Positions 13,916-28,804 of a DNA stretch of 64,000 bases are shown one piece after another. The notes under the pieces are model-generated. The model had not been told where the DNA came from and made no database searches. It was given only the letters and a program-made list of their open reading frames with translations. Origin of the DNA: Eledone cirrhosa. Its lineage: Eukaryota. The stretch lies in assembly GCA_964016885.1 (NCBI GenBank), contig OZ024740.1, positions 214,644,001-214,708,000 on the forward strand. The letters are read 5' to 3'. The translations under genes were made by a program, and so were the position numbers. Numbering within the stretch: position 1 is the first letter of the stretch; every line of letters starts with the position of its first letter.

Positions 13916-14410
13916 TTCCTCCCACCAACACCTTACAATATGTGACATGAACTCATGAAATATGACAGTTATTCTACTCAACCATGTCACAATTCCTATT
14001 TGTTTCTATCACAACACCTGAGGAGTATTCCAAACAGTCAGTCATCCGTATTAACACCACGTGGGCTCATCAGCAGCACAGTTGATGTGACGTTCACTAG
14101 ACAGGACAGCAGCCAGCAGTGATACTACAACGCCGATATACAGTGATATACAACACAGTATATAAAGTTAAGGCGTGTGAATATTGTAGTCTCTCGCAGC
14201 GATGGTTTACGACAGTAATTCATCAACTTATTACATTTATTGCTTCTGTTTAGAATATAACGGTGGTGGTGGTGGTGGTGGTGGTGGTGGTGGTGGTGGT
14301 GGTGGTGGTGGTGGTGGAAGTAGTGGAGGTGGTAGTGGTGGTGGGGGGGGGGGGGGGGGGGGGGGGCTAATCATAGAACGACAACTGTGGGGTAAGATTT
14401 ATACTAACAG

Positions 14411-14801
14411 TAATAATTGTTTCTACTTTAGGCACAAGGCCAGCAATTACTCAGTACATTACTGGTACTTTATTTTATCGACACCGTAAGGATGAAAGGC
14501 AAAGTTAACCTTGGTGGGATTTGAACTCAGACTGTAAAGGAACGTAACTATGCGAGAAAGCATGGCGTCCGACCCTCTACCGATACTGCCAATCCACCAA
14601 TGGTTTCTAATAATAATAATTGTTTCTACTTTAGGCACAAGGCCAGCAATTACCCAGTACATTACTGGTACTTTATTTTATCGACCCTCGTAAGGATGAA
14701 AGGCAAAGTTAACCTCGGTGGGATTTGAACTCAAATCATAAAGGGCCGTAACACTTTGTTGCAAAGCATGGCGTCCGACCCTCTACCGATACTGCCAATC
14801 C
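14411..14801 (-). mobile_element. Two tandem SINE-A copies (14411-14599, 14608-14801)
   Basis: Same head, core and tail as 9146-9335. Confidence 0.9.
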
Positions 14802-15137
14802 ATAATGATAATAATTACCCGGTGACATATATATGTGTGTGTACTTATATGTACATACATATGTATGCATGTATGTGTGTGTGTATATATATATATGTGC
14901 ATGTATGTGTGTATATATATGTAAATGGTCGACTGCATTAAAATGACTCCAGATGGACGTTTGTCTAAATTTCCAATCACAGCTCGTCTCACTGTCTGTC
15001 TGCTTCTCTCTCTCTCTCTCACTCTCTCTCTCACTCTCTCTCTCTCTCTCACACACACACTCACACACATACACATAAACACACACAGACATACATTCAC
15101 ACGCAGATACACATACATACACATACATACACATACA

Positions 15138-15221
<84 letters not shown>

Positions 15222-15310
15222 ATGATCGATTTAGTTGTTGTTTAACCCTTTAAAAGTCTTTTATCGAAAACGTTACAGTAGTGAAGATCTTAACGTTTAT
15301 TTAATGACTC

Positions 15311-15412
15311 CTGGGGAGGAGAAGGACTCCACCAGGTTTTAAATTCCCAAGAAACACCATGAGTCGGTCAATACGGCAACCCTACGACCCCACAAGGAAC
15401 TATGAGTCCATA
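15311..15412 (+). repeat. Unclassified interspersed repeat ending in (CATA)n; second copy at about 56984-57096
   Basis: Shared ggactccaccaggttt...tcaata.ggc..ccctacga.ccac..gga.....catacatac. Confidence 0.65.
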
Positions 15413-15547
15413 CATACATACACACATACATACATATAGACATATATACATATATACATACATGCACAAATACATATATACATATATACATATGTTCATG
15501 CATACATACATACATAGATACATTCATACATAGATACATACATATCA

Positions 15548-16332
15548 CCCATGTCATCAACAACTGTCCAAAGATGTCATTGCGGTACTATCTACCTATG
15601 AGGCATGATGTAGTGGCCAAAACACTGTACAATGCAGTTCGTAAAAAAGATAGCCCCGATAATAAACGCATTAAAAGCTACAGCAATATGGAAGACATCC
15701 ACGTACATATGAAAGAGTACTGGTGGAATGTTCCAGTAAAAACCCCAATAAAATGCCGGCATAACAGACCAAATATGATATGGGAAAGGGAGAAGAAAAC
15801 ATGCACAGTAGTGGAAATTAGCTGCCCAGCAGATGCCAATATAATATCAAAGGTTAGCGAAAAGGAGAATATTTATGCAGAACTGATGAGAAAACTGCAG
15901 ATACTCCACCTTGATTACACCTTCAGATTTATGCCTGTGGTTATTGGGGAACTCGGGTATGTTAGTAACTGCCCCAATACAAATCTTGAGAAGCTAGGCT
16001 TCACAGGAACAGAAAGAACACAACTAGTTAGGAAATTACAAGTACAATCCATTAATGGAACAGTAAAAATATGTAAAACATTCCAAAAATGTTGCATCTA
16101 ATAACTGCATATACACATGAACAGATGCAAAGCATATACATATGCACACATACAACTCAAAACATCCACATCCAAACATACAATAACATCCATATCTACA
16201 CATGCAGACATGCAGACATATCTACCTAGTTGATGTTGTGTAAATCCCAATGAGAGAGTCTTGTGTCTATGTTAGAAACCGACTCTCTCTCTATTGGGAG
16301 AAAAATTTGTGAAATTATAAAACCAGAAGAAT
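15548..16332 (+). mobile_element. R4/Dong-clade 3' fragment, subfamily B (restriction-like endonuclease plus 3' UTR)
   Basis: YYLPMRHDVVA, YWWN, HNRPN(D)..IW, VVEISCP; ends in (CATA)n. Confidence 0.88.
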
Positions 16333-16657
16333 ATACATACATACATATATACATATATACATACATGCATACATATATACATGCATACATACATACACAC
16401 ACACATACATACATATATACATACATGCACACATACATACATACACACATACATACATACATACATACATACATACATACATGCACACATACATACATAC
16501 CTGCACACATACATACATGCACACATACATACATACATACATACATACATACACACGTACATACATACATATATAGATACATACATACAAGCACACATAC
16601 ATACACACACACATACATACATACATACATACATACATACATACATACATACATACA

Positions 16658-16690
<33 letters not shown>

Positions 16691-16995
16691 CTAGCACTAC
16701 ATTATTCAATGTGGCCGTCAGCTTTTTAAACGGTGGATATTAAAAATTGGTCTAGTAGAGCTCAATAATTTAATTAATATGATTAACAAGATAATACAAA
16801 TAAAATGGTGGGTTTAACATGTCACACTGTTTCACACCAATATCTAATTCTTGGGGAACTTTACTCGAGTACAGACTGGAAACTCGCTTCTGTCTTCATC
16901 CACATCTTTCCCTACAGCTATTGACTAACCGCACTAGTCTCACCACACTGAAAGAGACTGAAATAATCATGGACAATGTATATGTATGTATTTAT

Positions 16996-17665
16996 GTATC
17001 TCTTTCTTTTTATTTCGAGTACATTTTTGACTGGCCGCCTTTCTGGTGGCAAGGTTGTAAAAGAAAAGAAATTGTCATCTCTTGAATCGCAAGAATGTTT
17101 TGCAAATTTTGAAGACGCCAGCTATTGCAGCCATTTGTAGTCTATGAATTAGGGAGTTGCGCTCTTTGTTCACAAATCCAAGTTCAGTTATACTTTGGTC
17201 CAAGCGGGTTGGTATATAACCTGTAGCTCTAATAATGATGGGTATGAAGCTGAAGGGGTATCTTGGATACTGGATCTGCAAACTCATTAATGGTCCGTAG
17301 ATGTCCTCTTTCTCCTGTATTTTTCTTACAACGTTGACATCAAGTGGGCAGCTGATCCCTACAACAGAGCACGTTTTCAATGTGTGGTCCCAAACAACAA
17401 TATCAGGCCGGTTGAGCTTTAATTTGGTGACAGTTTTTATTTTCAGATTCCGCCAGTATTCTTTAGTACCATCTATCTCTGCGCTCCAGATGGTTCTAGC
17501 TACCACATCGTGTCTCATAGGGAGGTAGTAACGAGACGACATTCCTTCGTAGTTGGCATCAATGTAGCTAACATCTTCGATCTTTGTTTTACAAACCCTA
17601 CATTTATTGTCGACTAATGGCCCTCCTCTTTCGTGTAGCAGATATTTGGTAGGGATTTCTTGTTG
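16996..17665 (-). mobile_element. R4/Dong-clade 3' fragment, subfamily A (same as 23788-28012), with internal deletion
   Basis: ORF 17075-17542 nearly identical to the C-terminus of 27126-27929; same 3' UTR; in (TATG)n. Confidence 0.92.
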
Positions 17666-17734
17666 TATGTATGTATGTAAGTGTATATATGCATGTACGT
17701 ATCTATGTATATATGTATGTATATATGTATGTAT

Positions 17735-18862
17735 GTTCTTCTGGATTTATAATTTTATAAATATTTGCCAATAGAGAGAGAGTCGGTTTCTAACATAGAC
17801 ACAAGACTCTCTCATTTGAATTTACACATCAACTAGGTAGATATGTCTGCATGTCTGCATGCATGTGTGTGCAGGCATGGATGTTATTGTATGTGTGTAT
17901 GTGTATCTTTTGAGTTATATGTGTGCATGTCCATATGCTTTGTATCTGTACATCTGTATATGCAGTTATTAGATCCAGAATTTTTGGAATGTTTTACATA
18001 TTTTTACTGTTCTATTAATGGATTGTACTTCTAATTTCTTAACTAGTCCTGTTCTTTCTGTTCCTGTGAAGCCCAACTTCTCAAGATTTGTATTGAGGCA
18101 GTTACTAACAGTTACTAACATTGTACTGGGGCAGTTGCTAACATAGCCCAGTGCCCCAACAACCACAGGCATACATCTGAAGGTAATGTCAGGGTTGGAG
18201 TATCTGCAGATTTCTCATTAGTTCTGCATAGATATTCTCCTTTTCGCTAATCTTTAATAATACATTGGCATCTGCTGAGCAGCTAACTTCCACTACTGTG
18301 CATGCCTTCTTTTCCCTGTCCCGTATCATTATATCTGGTCTGTTATGCTTGAATTTAATTGGTGTTTGACTGGAACATTCCACCAGTACTCTTTCATATT
18401 ATGTATGTGTATGTCTTCCATATTGTTGTAGCTTTTAATGTGTTTATTATCAGGGCTATGTTTTTTACGGATTACATTATATAGTGTTTAGGCCACTACA
18501 TCATGCCCCATAGGTAGATAGTACCGCGATGACATCTTTGGACAGCTGCTTATGACAGCTACTTATGACAAAAGTCTGCACTTGTCACATTTAGGTGTTT
18601 TACCTGTATCTCTTTTGTGAATCAGGTATTTTGCGTTGATTTCTTCTTCTTGGATTACAGAAGCATATCTTTCAAAGTGGGAGCCAATATAGCGGTTGTT
18701 GGTCCAAGATAGACTACTTTGTTTATCTATATTACTCTCACTCAGGAGCTTCCTGGCAACATATCCATGCATGGTTTTTGCCGATTAGCATTCAGTTTTT
18801 CATCCATGGATTCGCTGCGGTACTGCTGGGCAATTTCCCTGGGTGTGAGCTTTTGATTATCA
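17735..18862 (-). mobile_element. R4/Dong-clade 3' fragment, subfamily B
   Basis: MHGY..., CDKCRL, HNRPDIMI, VVEVSC; 3' UTR matches 16100-16332; flanked by (TATG)n. Confidence 0.9.
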
Positions 18863-18960
18863 TGTATGTATGTATGTATGTATGTATGTATGTATGTATG
18901 TATGTATGTATGTATGTATGTATGTATGTATGTATGTATGTATGTATATATGTATGTATT

Positions 18961-19460
18961 ATATTGTCAGGTCACTTCTAAATGCAACTGGTAACATTCA
19001 GGAGTGACCTGACAAATGGCAAAGGAGCTCTTAAGAGTCAATGGCCATCCAAAATCACCGGGAGAGATGACCCCTTAGCCTTTGTCAAGGCAGAATTCTA
19101 GGAGAAGGAAAACTCTGATATAACACTTGCAACTCTGATGGTATCCAATGATGTTGACTTGTTCTTCTTTTTGGTAAATATCATCTTGGTTAAGAGAGTG
19201 GGACTGGCTTTGTGCAGTGCCTTTGCTCACTATAAAAGCTTCATTGCTTTATATCTGGAGATCTCTCTGCACTTGTCATCACATGGTACCATGGGCCCAA
19301 CACTATGTCTCAATAATTGTCACAAGTGTAGTGTTTCTACCAGAGTTTTCAAGTCGCTGGCTGGACTAAAAGTCACACTCGTTCAGCGCATCAGTAGGGG
19401 TTCTCCTACATGGATATAAAGTAGTGGCCGTACTCGAAAACGAGTTGGCAGCCACCATGT
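18961..19460 (+). mobile_element. Short, internally deleted RTE derivative (5' UTR joined to zinc finger and 3' end)
   Basis: RTE-type 5' UTR motif ctaggagaaggaaaactctga (about 19098-19118; recalled, not searched); CSVSTRVFKSLAGLK; 3' end like 8047-8080. Confidence 0.7.
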
Positions 19461-19479
19461 ATGTATATATGTATGTATT

Positions 19480-20530
<1,051 letters not shown>

Positions 20531-20809
20531 CTGGTCGTCTGAAGTTTCAGCAGAGATACAGAAAGTTTACAACTCTCCACTTCTCTATATCTACTACACG
20601 GAACTCTTCCAATAGCCCTTTCTATATCAATAAACAGCAACCTCTCTCCCTCTGTATATCTAATATACAACACACTCTCCCAACCTTCCTCTCCCGAACA
20701 ATTACCACTAAAATCTCCCCCTCTCTATATCTATATCAATCTCTCCCATCTGTCTCTACATAACATGTACATAAATTGTTGCGTATATACAAATAGATGT
20801 GCGTTTTGA

Positions 20810-20882
20810 TAGTTTGGGGGGAAATTGTGATTATTAGGGGGGTCATGCCCCCCCCCCCCCCCCCCCAGTTCCACCGCCCCTG
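20810..20882 (-). mobile_element. GC-rich hAT-like transposon end
   Basis: Minus strand caggggcggtggaactggggg...; partner end not found. Confidence 0.4.
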
Positions 20883-21020
20883 CTGTATATATATTTATAT
20901 ATATATTAAACAGTTCTAGTCCTATAGAAACCATTTCTATATTAAACATTATATACCTACTATGTATTGAGTACCTTACTTACTGTGGTTACCCCCTATT
21001 GAACCCGAATACACACGCAC

Positions 21021-21058
<38 letters not shown>

Positions 21059-21059
<1 letters not shown>

Positions 21060-21160
21060 GTAATAATAATAAATTTGAAGACTAAAATGCAAAGAGGGCT
21101 TGATAAGGATAAATATATATAAGAACCGTAGAGCTTAAACTTTAATCTGTTATTTTAATA
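21059..21160. repeat. Short (TA)n-embedded repeat family; longer copy 61899-62038 (opposite strand), mini-copy 1237-1270
   Basis: Shared termini gtaataataataa...tttaatctg.tatttt and shared body aaagagggct.gataaggataaatatata. Confidence 0.8.
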
Positions 21161-21180
21161 AATATATATATATATATATA

Positions 21181-21368
21181 ACGAAGGAAATGTGGTAAGG
21201 AACCAGGTGGACCATAACGCACCAAAGTACTCAATACTTGGGGTAGTAGAGTGGGTAATAGGAACCAGTAAGACCCCGACGGCTGAGCTCAAGCCGTTTC
21301 GACGGCTAGTCCAGAATTAGCCGTCGAAACGGCTTGAGCTCAGCCGTCGGGGTCTTACTGGTTCCTAT
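21181..21368. mobile_element. Half-hammerhead fold-back family, copy 1
   Basis: Long antisense arm, loop 21309-21317, short arm tagccgtc-GAAA-cggct..agccg-TC-ggggtc; in (TA)n. Confidence 0.8.
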
Positions 21369-21389
21369 ATATATATATATATATATATA

Positions 21390-21519
<130 letters not shown>

Positions 21520-22056
21520 TTTTTCATCATGTTGTATTTTATGAAAAGTTAACAGAATTTTTACATGTTTTTTCAAGCTTTAAAAATTCGATATTGAATG
21601 CCATTCGGCTCAGAATATATCAACTTTAATATGAAATAAACTAGCATTCAGCCTTACTTTTCACCTAATGAAAGGTTTTATTTTAATAAGTCACATTCTA
21701 GGCACATTTATTTCTATATTATTATGCTCATCCACTAAAGTTTCCTGAATATTCCGATCATTTTAATCACCACCCACCATCTTAAGATTTTATCGTCATT
21801 TAAAACGAGAATTTCCTCTCATGCAATTCTGAAGCATTCATGCATTTTCTTTTTTATAGGATGCAAATGTGTTTTATTGGTGAGGAATATTTTTTGCATC
21901 ATGGAAAATGGGTGTATGTATAGATGTGTATAAATGTATGTATATATGTATGTATGTGTGTATATTGATGCATGTATGTGTGTGTAAGTATGTATGTATG
22001 TGTATGTAAGTATGTACGTACGTATGTATGTATGTGTGTATATATGGGTGGATGGA

Positions 22057-22090
<34 letters not shown>

Positions 22091-22091
<1 letters not shown>

Positions 22092-22293
22092 CGAAGGAAT
22101 TGTGGTAAGGAACCAGATGGACCATAACGCACCAGAGTACTCAATACTTAGAGTAGTAGAGTGGGTAATAGGAAAAAGTATGACCCCGACGGCAGAGCTG
22201 AAGCCGTTTCGACGGCAATTTCTAGACCATAGCCGTCTAGAAATAGCCGTCGAAACGGCTTGAGTTCTGCCGTCGGGATCATACCTTTTCCTA
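22091..22293. mobile_element. Half-hammerhead fold-back family, copy 2
   Basis: Homologous to 21181-21368 with the same architecture. Confidence 0.8.
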
Positions 22294-22424
22294 TATATAT
22301 ATATATATATGTCTATGTATATATATATATGTATATATAAATACATGTACATATACAAATGTAAATATGCATATATACATTTACATATATCTCTCTATAT
22401 ATGTATGTGTGTGTGTGTGGGTGG

Positions 22425-22507
<83 letters not shown>

Positions 22508-22512
<5 letters not shown>

Positions 22513-22635
22513 GGTACTTTATTTTATCAACCCGGTAAGGATGCAAAGCAAAGTTAACCTCGGTGGGATTTGAACTTACAACTTAAAGGGCCGCAACTAT
22601 CTGCCGCAAATCATGTTGTCAAGTGCTCATCACCA
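22508..22635 (-). mobile_element. SINE-A, partial and diverged
   Basis: Core and B-box match. Confidence 0.7.
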
Positions 22636-22827
22636 TCACCTTTCAAAAGAATAAATAACATCCAAGCTGGCTCTCCAGCCCAGTCTTTAACACTTCTTGC
22701 TCAAAGAAAATTACTAAGCCTGCATTATCTACTGCACAATACACACTCCCCCACACCATATTAGGTGACAAGTCAATCGGACTTTCAAGAGTCCCACAAT
22801 GCTGCTACTTGGCGAAATGTTTAGTGA

Positions 22828-23028
22828 TATGAGAGTGGGCTGAAAAGTTCATAGACTGACTATGAAGGAGTGATTCTAGAGCTGTGAAATCTTGCATGTA
22901 TTAATTTCAACTCTTCTTATTAATAACTGCATTGTTTTTTCCAGGGACTATCTTGAACAATAAACCTCATTTGGTAATTCCATGAGAGTATCTTGGTCAT
23001 CCTATGAACCTTTTAGCGGACCCTCGTA
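22828..23028 (+). mobile_element. Mariner-type MITE, single unit
   Basis: tatgagagtgggctgaaaagttcatag...ctatgaaccttttagcggaccctcgta; TA ends. Confidence 0.8.
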
Positions 23029-23787
23029 TGTAAAAAAATGTGATCCTTTAAGATAGAGTAATGCTTCTCTCGGAAGTCAGTGCCCATGGCGGCTGCCTGG
23101 TTGGCCTAGTTGACGTAATTGACTTAGTGGTCGCGCCGTCCCTATATGTGGACCAAGGGCAAAACTACATTTAAAAAATAAAGTGGACTAAAATCTAGCT
23201 AATTCCTGGCCTAAACTGTTTAGAGAGACAGCTTACATGATACATTACAGTGAAGTTAAATATAACAAGGGACACAACTCTTGCATTACATACACATTTT
23301 TTTTCACTGATCCCTTAAGGAGGTACAAAATAACAAACTGATGTGAAGTTTATTCCTAGGTTTCTCGAAGATATTTTTAAGACAGGAGACATTCATGGAT
23401 TGAGAACTGTAACCAAGACTCGGACACCATTCTACAGCAGCATAATTGTAGTCTTCGATGATTGAGATATTGAGTGCCATGCTATATGTTTAAATACATA
23501 TATGTAACTATGTATGTATACATGTATACATACATATATACATACATACTTATATATATATATATATATATATATACATACACACATATACATATATACA
23601 TACATTCATACATACATACATACAAACATACATTCATTCATACATACATTCATTCATACATACATACATACATACATTCATACATACATACATATATACA
23701 TACATACATACATACATACATACATACATACATACATACATACATACATACATACATACATACATACATACATACATACATACATAC

Positions 23788-26700
23788 AATGGCGACCGTT
23801 GTGGTCAGTGTTCGATAATCGGACATGTGTAATTACGGCTTACATGAAGGCAACATACCATATATTGGAAAAAGTTGAGCTACATTACGCGGTAAGATTA
23901 CATACAATAAATCTACATAAGTGTTTGAACTGTAAGTGTGTTGTAAAACACCTATTTATATGAACGATACATACACTTATGATATATGAACGATACATAC
24001 ACTTTAACATATAAATGCAACGTTGTTATATTACATTTGTAAAGAAATATGCTAGTAACGTTTTCGATTCAGAAACAAAAACATAAGTGTTTGAACTGTG
24101 AATATGTTGTGAATAAGTTGTAGAACACCTATTTATATGAATGATACATAAACTTTAACATATAAATACAGCGATGTTATATTATATTACATTCATAAAG
24201 AAATATACTAAGTAACGGTTCTTTTTGTTCTCGATTCAAACGATTCAAGGACAACGTTTAAAACACAGTTGTAGAATTTAAAACTAACTGAAAAGAAATA
24301 TAACCCAAGCTGTGAATAACTTTAAATTTGATTCTGACAGAACTTTGTCGAAACTTTTAAAGAAGATCATCGACTATTTTGAAAAATAAATACAAAATAT
24401 TAGTGAATAGACGAACTCATCATGGCAAAACGTACAAGTCTCCTTTGACCAAATCGTAACTACAACCGTTGTATATAGTGGAGCTACGAGCTTAACAAAG
24501 AATTATATGAAGCATACAAACAATCTGAACCCCAAAAGTTCGGTTTCATGCAAAGGCTAAAAACTTTATGGAACTCCAAACACCCAGAATTAGACTTTTC
24601 TCCAAAGCATATAAAAGAACAGGCAAAACGTATCATTAGATGTAAATTGATACATCTAACAGAATTGAGTGATACTACAAATACAGCCCTTGTAGACAAC
24701 CACCCCACCTCCACTGACAGACAAAGAGAATGGCCAGCTAAATCTAACAGTGAACAGCTCACCAACAATTTTGCTGAAATCCATCCCACTTCCACTGAAG
24801 AACAGCGAGAATGGTCAGCTAACTCTAGTAGTAATTGTCACCACATCAACAACGAGGCTGAAATTCATGACTCTACTGTACAAACAGAACACCAAAAACT
24901 TGTGGACACCTTACAAGTGATATGGGACGATATGTTTCAAGAGATACACAGCCTTAATGTGAGTGACAGACCATACAACACCAGAATCAGTAAAGAACAC
25001 ACTAAATTGGAATTGGAAGCGGTGAACGAAATAGCTGACAATTATCTGAAGGCTATACGATCTAAAGGTGTAGAAACGACATTTGAAACGCTTAACATTT
25101 TGTTATATGTTTCAACTGTCACATTGCTATCATATAACAAACATCTAAAATCACGCAATCAAGATACAAACAAAAAGCCTGAACCAGCGTGGATGCGAAA
25201 TTTAAAAAGCAAAATTTTGTCCCTGAGACGAAGTATCTCACACATCGCAGTCGTTATTAAATGCAACATAGAGAGCAACTTCACACGACACCAGGAAGAC
25301 CTAAAAAAAAGTTAGAGAGACGATTTGGAGATACACAATTTACAACTTTAAACTCCAAATTACACCAGTTCAAACAGCAACTCACAACTACAACAGAAAG
25401 ACTAAAATATAAGTCAACAGCACATAAACGACAAGTGCTAAATAGATTGTTTGCCAGAGATCCTAAATCAGTTTATCGCAGCTTCAGTGGCAAAAGCTCA
25501 ATCTCAGTAAATGACACCCCTTCAAAAGAACAGGTTGAGAGCTACTGGAGATCTGTATGGGAAACGGATGACGGATTTAACAGACAAACTAATTGGCTAA
25601 AAGAACTGGAACAGGACTATTGCCAACATGTCCAGACAAAACAATATGACATAGATGGGTCAATACTGGAAACAGCTCTACAGAAAATGTCGAACAGGAA
25701 ATCACCAGGCTCAGATCTCATTACAGGATACTGGTTGAAGAATTTCACTTTCTATCGGCAAGATCTCATACGGCTGTTTACAGAAACCATTAAAGGCACA
25801 TAAGAACTGCCCAGATGGTTATCAACTGCCACTACTCTCCTCATTCCCCAAAATAGCCAAACCACCCTTGCTAAAAATTACCGCCCAATAGCCTGCCAAA
25901 ACATCATGTATAAATTATATACTGGGTGCCTTAACCTGTTCTTACAGGATCACTGTGCTACCAACAACATCATAACACCTGAGCAAGCTGGCGGAAAGAG
26001 GGAGGTGTGGGGTTGCATAGATCACCTACTAACTAATAAAATGATTCAAGAAAAAACAACAAAGAATCGCAGAAATATGACTGTGGTGTGGCTGGACTAT
26101 CAAAAAGCATTTGATAGTGTATCTCATGGGTGGATTGTTAAGGCTTTTCAGTTAGCCAAAGTCCCACAACCACTGGTAGCTGCTGTTGAACGTCTGACCA
26201 AGAACTGGTACACCAATTTGATCCTTAGAGGTGAGAAGGAGCAAGTTAAGACTGATAAGATACATTACCAGAAGGGCATCTTTCAGGGTGATAGCTTGTC
26301 AGTGCTACTCTTCGTTCTCTCACTAAATCCACTATCTTACCTATTCAGGAAACAAGGTGGACAAAGAAGTGGGTCCAGAAGTATCTCCCATCTTTTCTTT
26401 GTTGATGACCTGAAGTTGTATGGGCCAAATATCAATGACATCAAGAAACAATTGGACCTCATTACACAATTTTCAACCGACATCAAAATGAAATTTGGTG
26501 AGTCCAAGTGTGCATATTTGGCAGTAAAACGTGGAAGAGCTGTGCCCTCCTCTAGAAATCTAGAGATGAACGGCCTGACAATACAACCTCTACAGTCAGG
26601 TGACAACTACAGATATCTTGGACAGGATGAGAATGTCAGATATGATGGACCCATAAATAAGGAGAGAACCAGAACTGAATACCTCAGAAGAGTAAAGAAA

Positions 26701-28012
26701 TTATGGTCATCAGAACTGTCAGCGTACAACAAATACATTGCCCACAATACTTATGCTGTGCCAATTCTAACGCCAACATTTGGTCTGCTGAACTGGTCAT
26801 TGCAAGAACTAAGTGAGATGGATGTTAGAACTCGCAAACTTCTCATTCTTACTGGGAACTTTAACATCAATGGTTATGTGGATAGGCTATACTTCTCTCG
26901 CAAGGAAGGCGGCCGGGGTCTAAAATCCATATTAACATCATATGAGACCCGGATAGTAACACTGAAGCAACATCTTCAACAGAGGAAAAAGGTTGGCAAC
27001 CATCTTGCCCAGGTTTATGAGCATGAAAAAAAAATATCATTAGAATAGCCACTGATCTGGAGGAGAGATATGGAATAAAGCCTGATATAAATCTCTCACC
27101 CAGAGAAATCGGAAGATCCTATTCAATGTTCAAACAAGTTGAAAAAATTGACCAATTTACAGAAAAAGTTGTGCATGGATACTTGAGACGTAAAACACAG
27201 ACCAAAGAGGGGATAAACCACTCAAAAAGCCTGACATGGAGTTCCGACAAGTTTATGACATCACACCTTGAGGGATACCTCTATGCAATAGAGGAACAAG
27301 AACTCCCTACCAAATATCTGCTGCACAAAAGGGGAGGGCCATCAGCTGACAATAAATGTAGGCTATGTAAAACAAAGATCGAGGATGTAAGCCACATTGT
27401 TGCCAGCTGCGAAAGAATGTCATCTCGCTACTACCTCCCCATGAGACACGATGGGATAGCTAGAACCATCTGGAACGCACTTCGGAAAACAAAATTAACA
27501 ACAAACGAGGAAGAATATATTGAGACAGATGGCACTAAGGAATACTGGTGGAACCTGAAAATAAAAACTGCCACCAAATTAAAGCACAACCGGCCTGATA
27601 TTGTAGTTTGGGACCACACATTGAAAACGTGTTCTGTTGTGGAGATCAGCTGCCTGCTTGGTGTAAACGTTGTCAGAAAAATACAGGAGAAGGAGGACAT
27701 CTACGGACCATTGATGAGGAGTTTACAAATCCAGTATCCAAGATACACCTTTAGCTTCATACCCATCATTATTGGAGCTACGGGTTATATACCAACCCGC
27801 TTGGACCAACGTATGACTGAACTTGGATTTGCGGACAAAGAGCGCAGCTCCCTAATTCATAGTCTACAAATAGCTGCGATAGCTGGCACCTTCAAAATTT
27901 GCAAAACATTCTTGCGATTCAAGGGATGACAATTTCTTTTCTTTTACAACCTTGCCACCAGGAAGGTGGCCGGTCAAAAAAAATATACTCGAAATTAAGA
28001 GAAAGAGATATA
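23788..28012 (+). mobile_element. Near full-length R4/Dong-clade non-LTR retrotransposon, subfamily A, inserted in (CATA)n
   Basis: (CATA)n on both sides; single long disrupted ORF with RT, CCHC knuckle and restriction-like endonuclease; 5' UTR has a tandem duplication of about 150 bp. Confidence 0.93.
24422..27929 (+). pseudogene. Disrupted R4/Dong RT-RLE polyprotein
   Basis: KSPGSD, NYRPIAC, WLDYQKAFDSV, GIFQGDSLS, FFVDDLKL, YRYLG, CRLCKTKIEDVSHIVASC, RHD, NRPDIV..VVEIS; two early stops, frameshifts in A-runs near 25303 and 27026, stop at 25801. Confidence 0.93.
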
Positions 28013-28225
28013 ACACACATACATACATACATACATACATACATACATACATACATACATACATACATACATACATACACACATTCATACATACATTCAT
28101 ATATGCATACATACATAATACATACACACACACATACGTTCAAACATACATACACACATACATACATACGTACATATATATAAACATACAAACACATACA
28201 TACATATAAACATGTATAATACATA

Positions 28226-28365
28226 CTGGAACTAGCTGCTGAAACGGCAAGAGCTCAGCCGTCGGGTCCCAACTCTTTATAATATATCCATACTCTACAA
28301 TCTCAAGTATCGAGAACTCTGTTGAGTAATGGTCTAACTGGATTTTAAACTAGTTCTATCCTGAT
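28226..28365 (+). mobile_element. Half-hammerhead family, diverged single-arm copy 3
   Basis: ctggaactagctgct-GAAA-cggc..gccg-TC-gggtc; body aligns with 21181-21308. Confidence 0.7.
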
Positions 28366-28371
28366 TTATAA

Positions 28372-28419
<48 letters not shown>

Positions 28420-28590
28420 GTGCGTGCGTGTGCGTGTGTGCGTGTGCGTGCGTGTGTGTGCATGTGCGCGTGTGTGTGTGCGTGCGTGTGTGCTTGTGTG
28501 TGTGGGTGTGCGTGTGTGCGTGCGTGTGTGTGTGTGTTTGTGAGTGCGTGTGTGTACTATATATATATACATATATACATATATTCTTTT

Positions 28591-28804
28591 CGATCGACTT
28601 TCGTCAAATCGGACCGAGGAAACAATGTTTCCATTGGTGTTTCCAATTGCTAGTACTATCTATCGGTCACAACTGCAGGTAGAAGGAGCAACGTGAAATA
28701 AAGTGTCTTGTCCAAGGACATAACGCATCGCCCGGTGCGGGAATCGAAATCACAACCTCACGATTGCGAATCCAATTCTCTAACCACTCAGCCACACGCC
28801 TTCA
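28591..28804 (-). mobile_element. tRNA-derived SINE, family B
   Basis: A-box tggctgagtgg, B-box-like ttcgattcc, core gtccttggacaagacactttatttcacg; matches 35963-36176. Confidence 0.88.

Noticed and set aside
14060-14075. CTGATGA on the minus strand as a hammerhead, or a short membrane-peptide exon nearby
   Set aside because: No downstream stem II plus GAAA; the open frame has no start or splice support.
23788-23860. HDV-like ribozyme at the Dong 5' end
   Set aside because: Only a short hairpin is visible; I could not assign the nested double pseudoknot.
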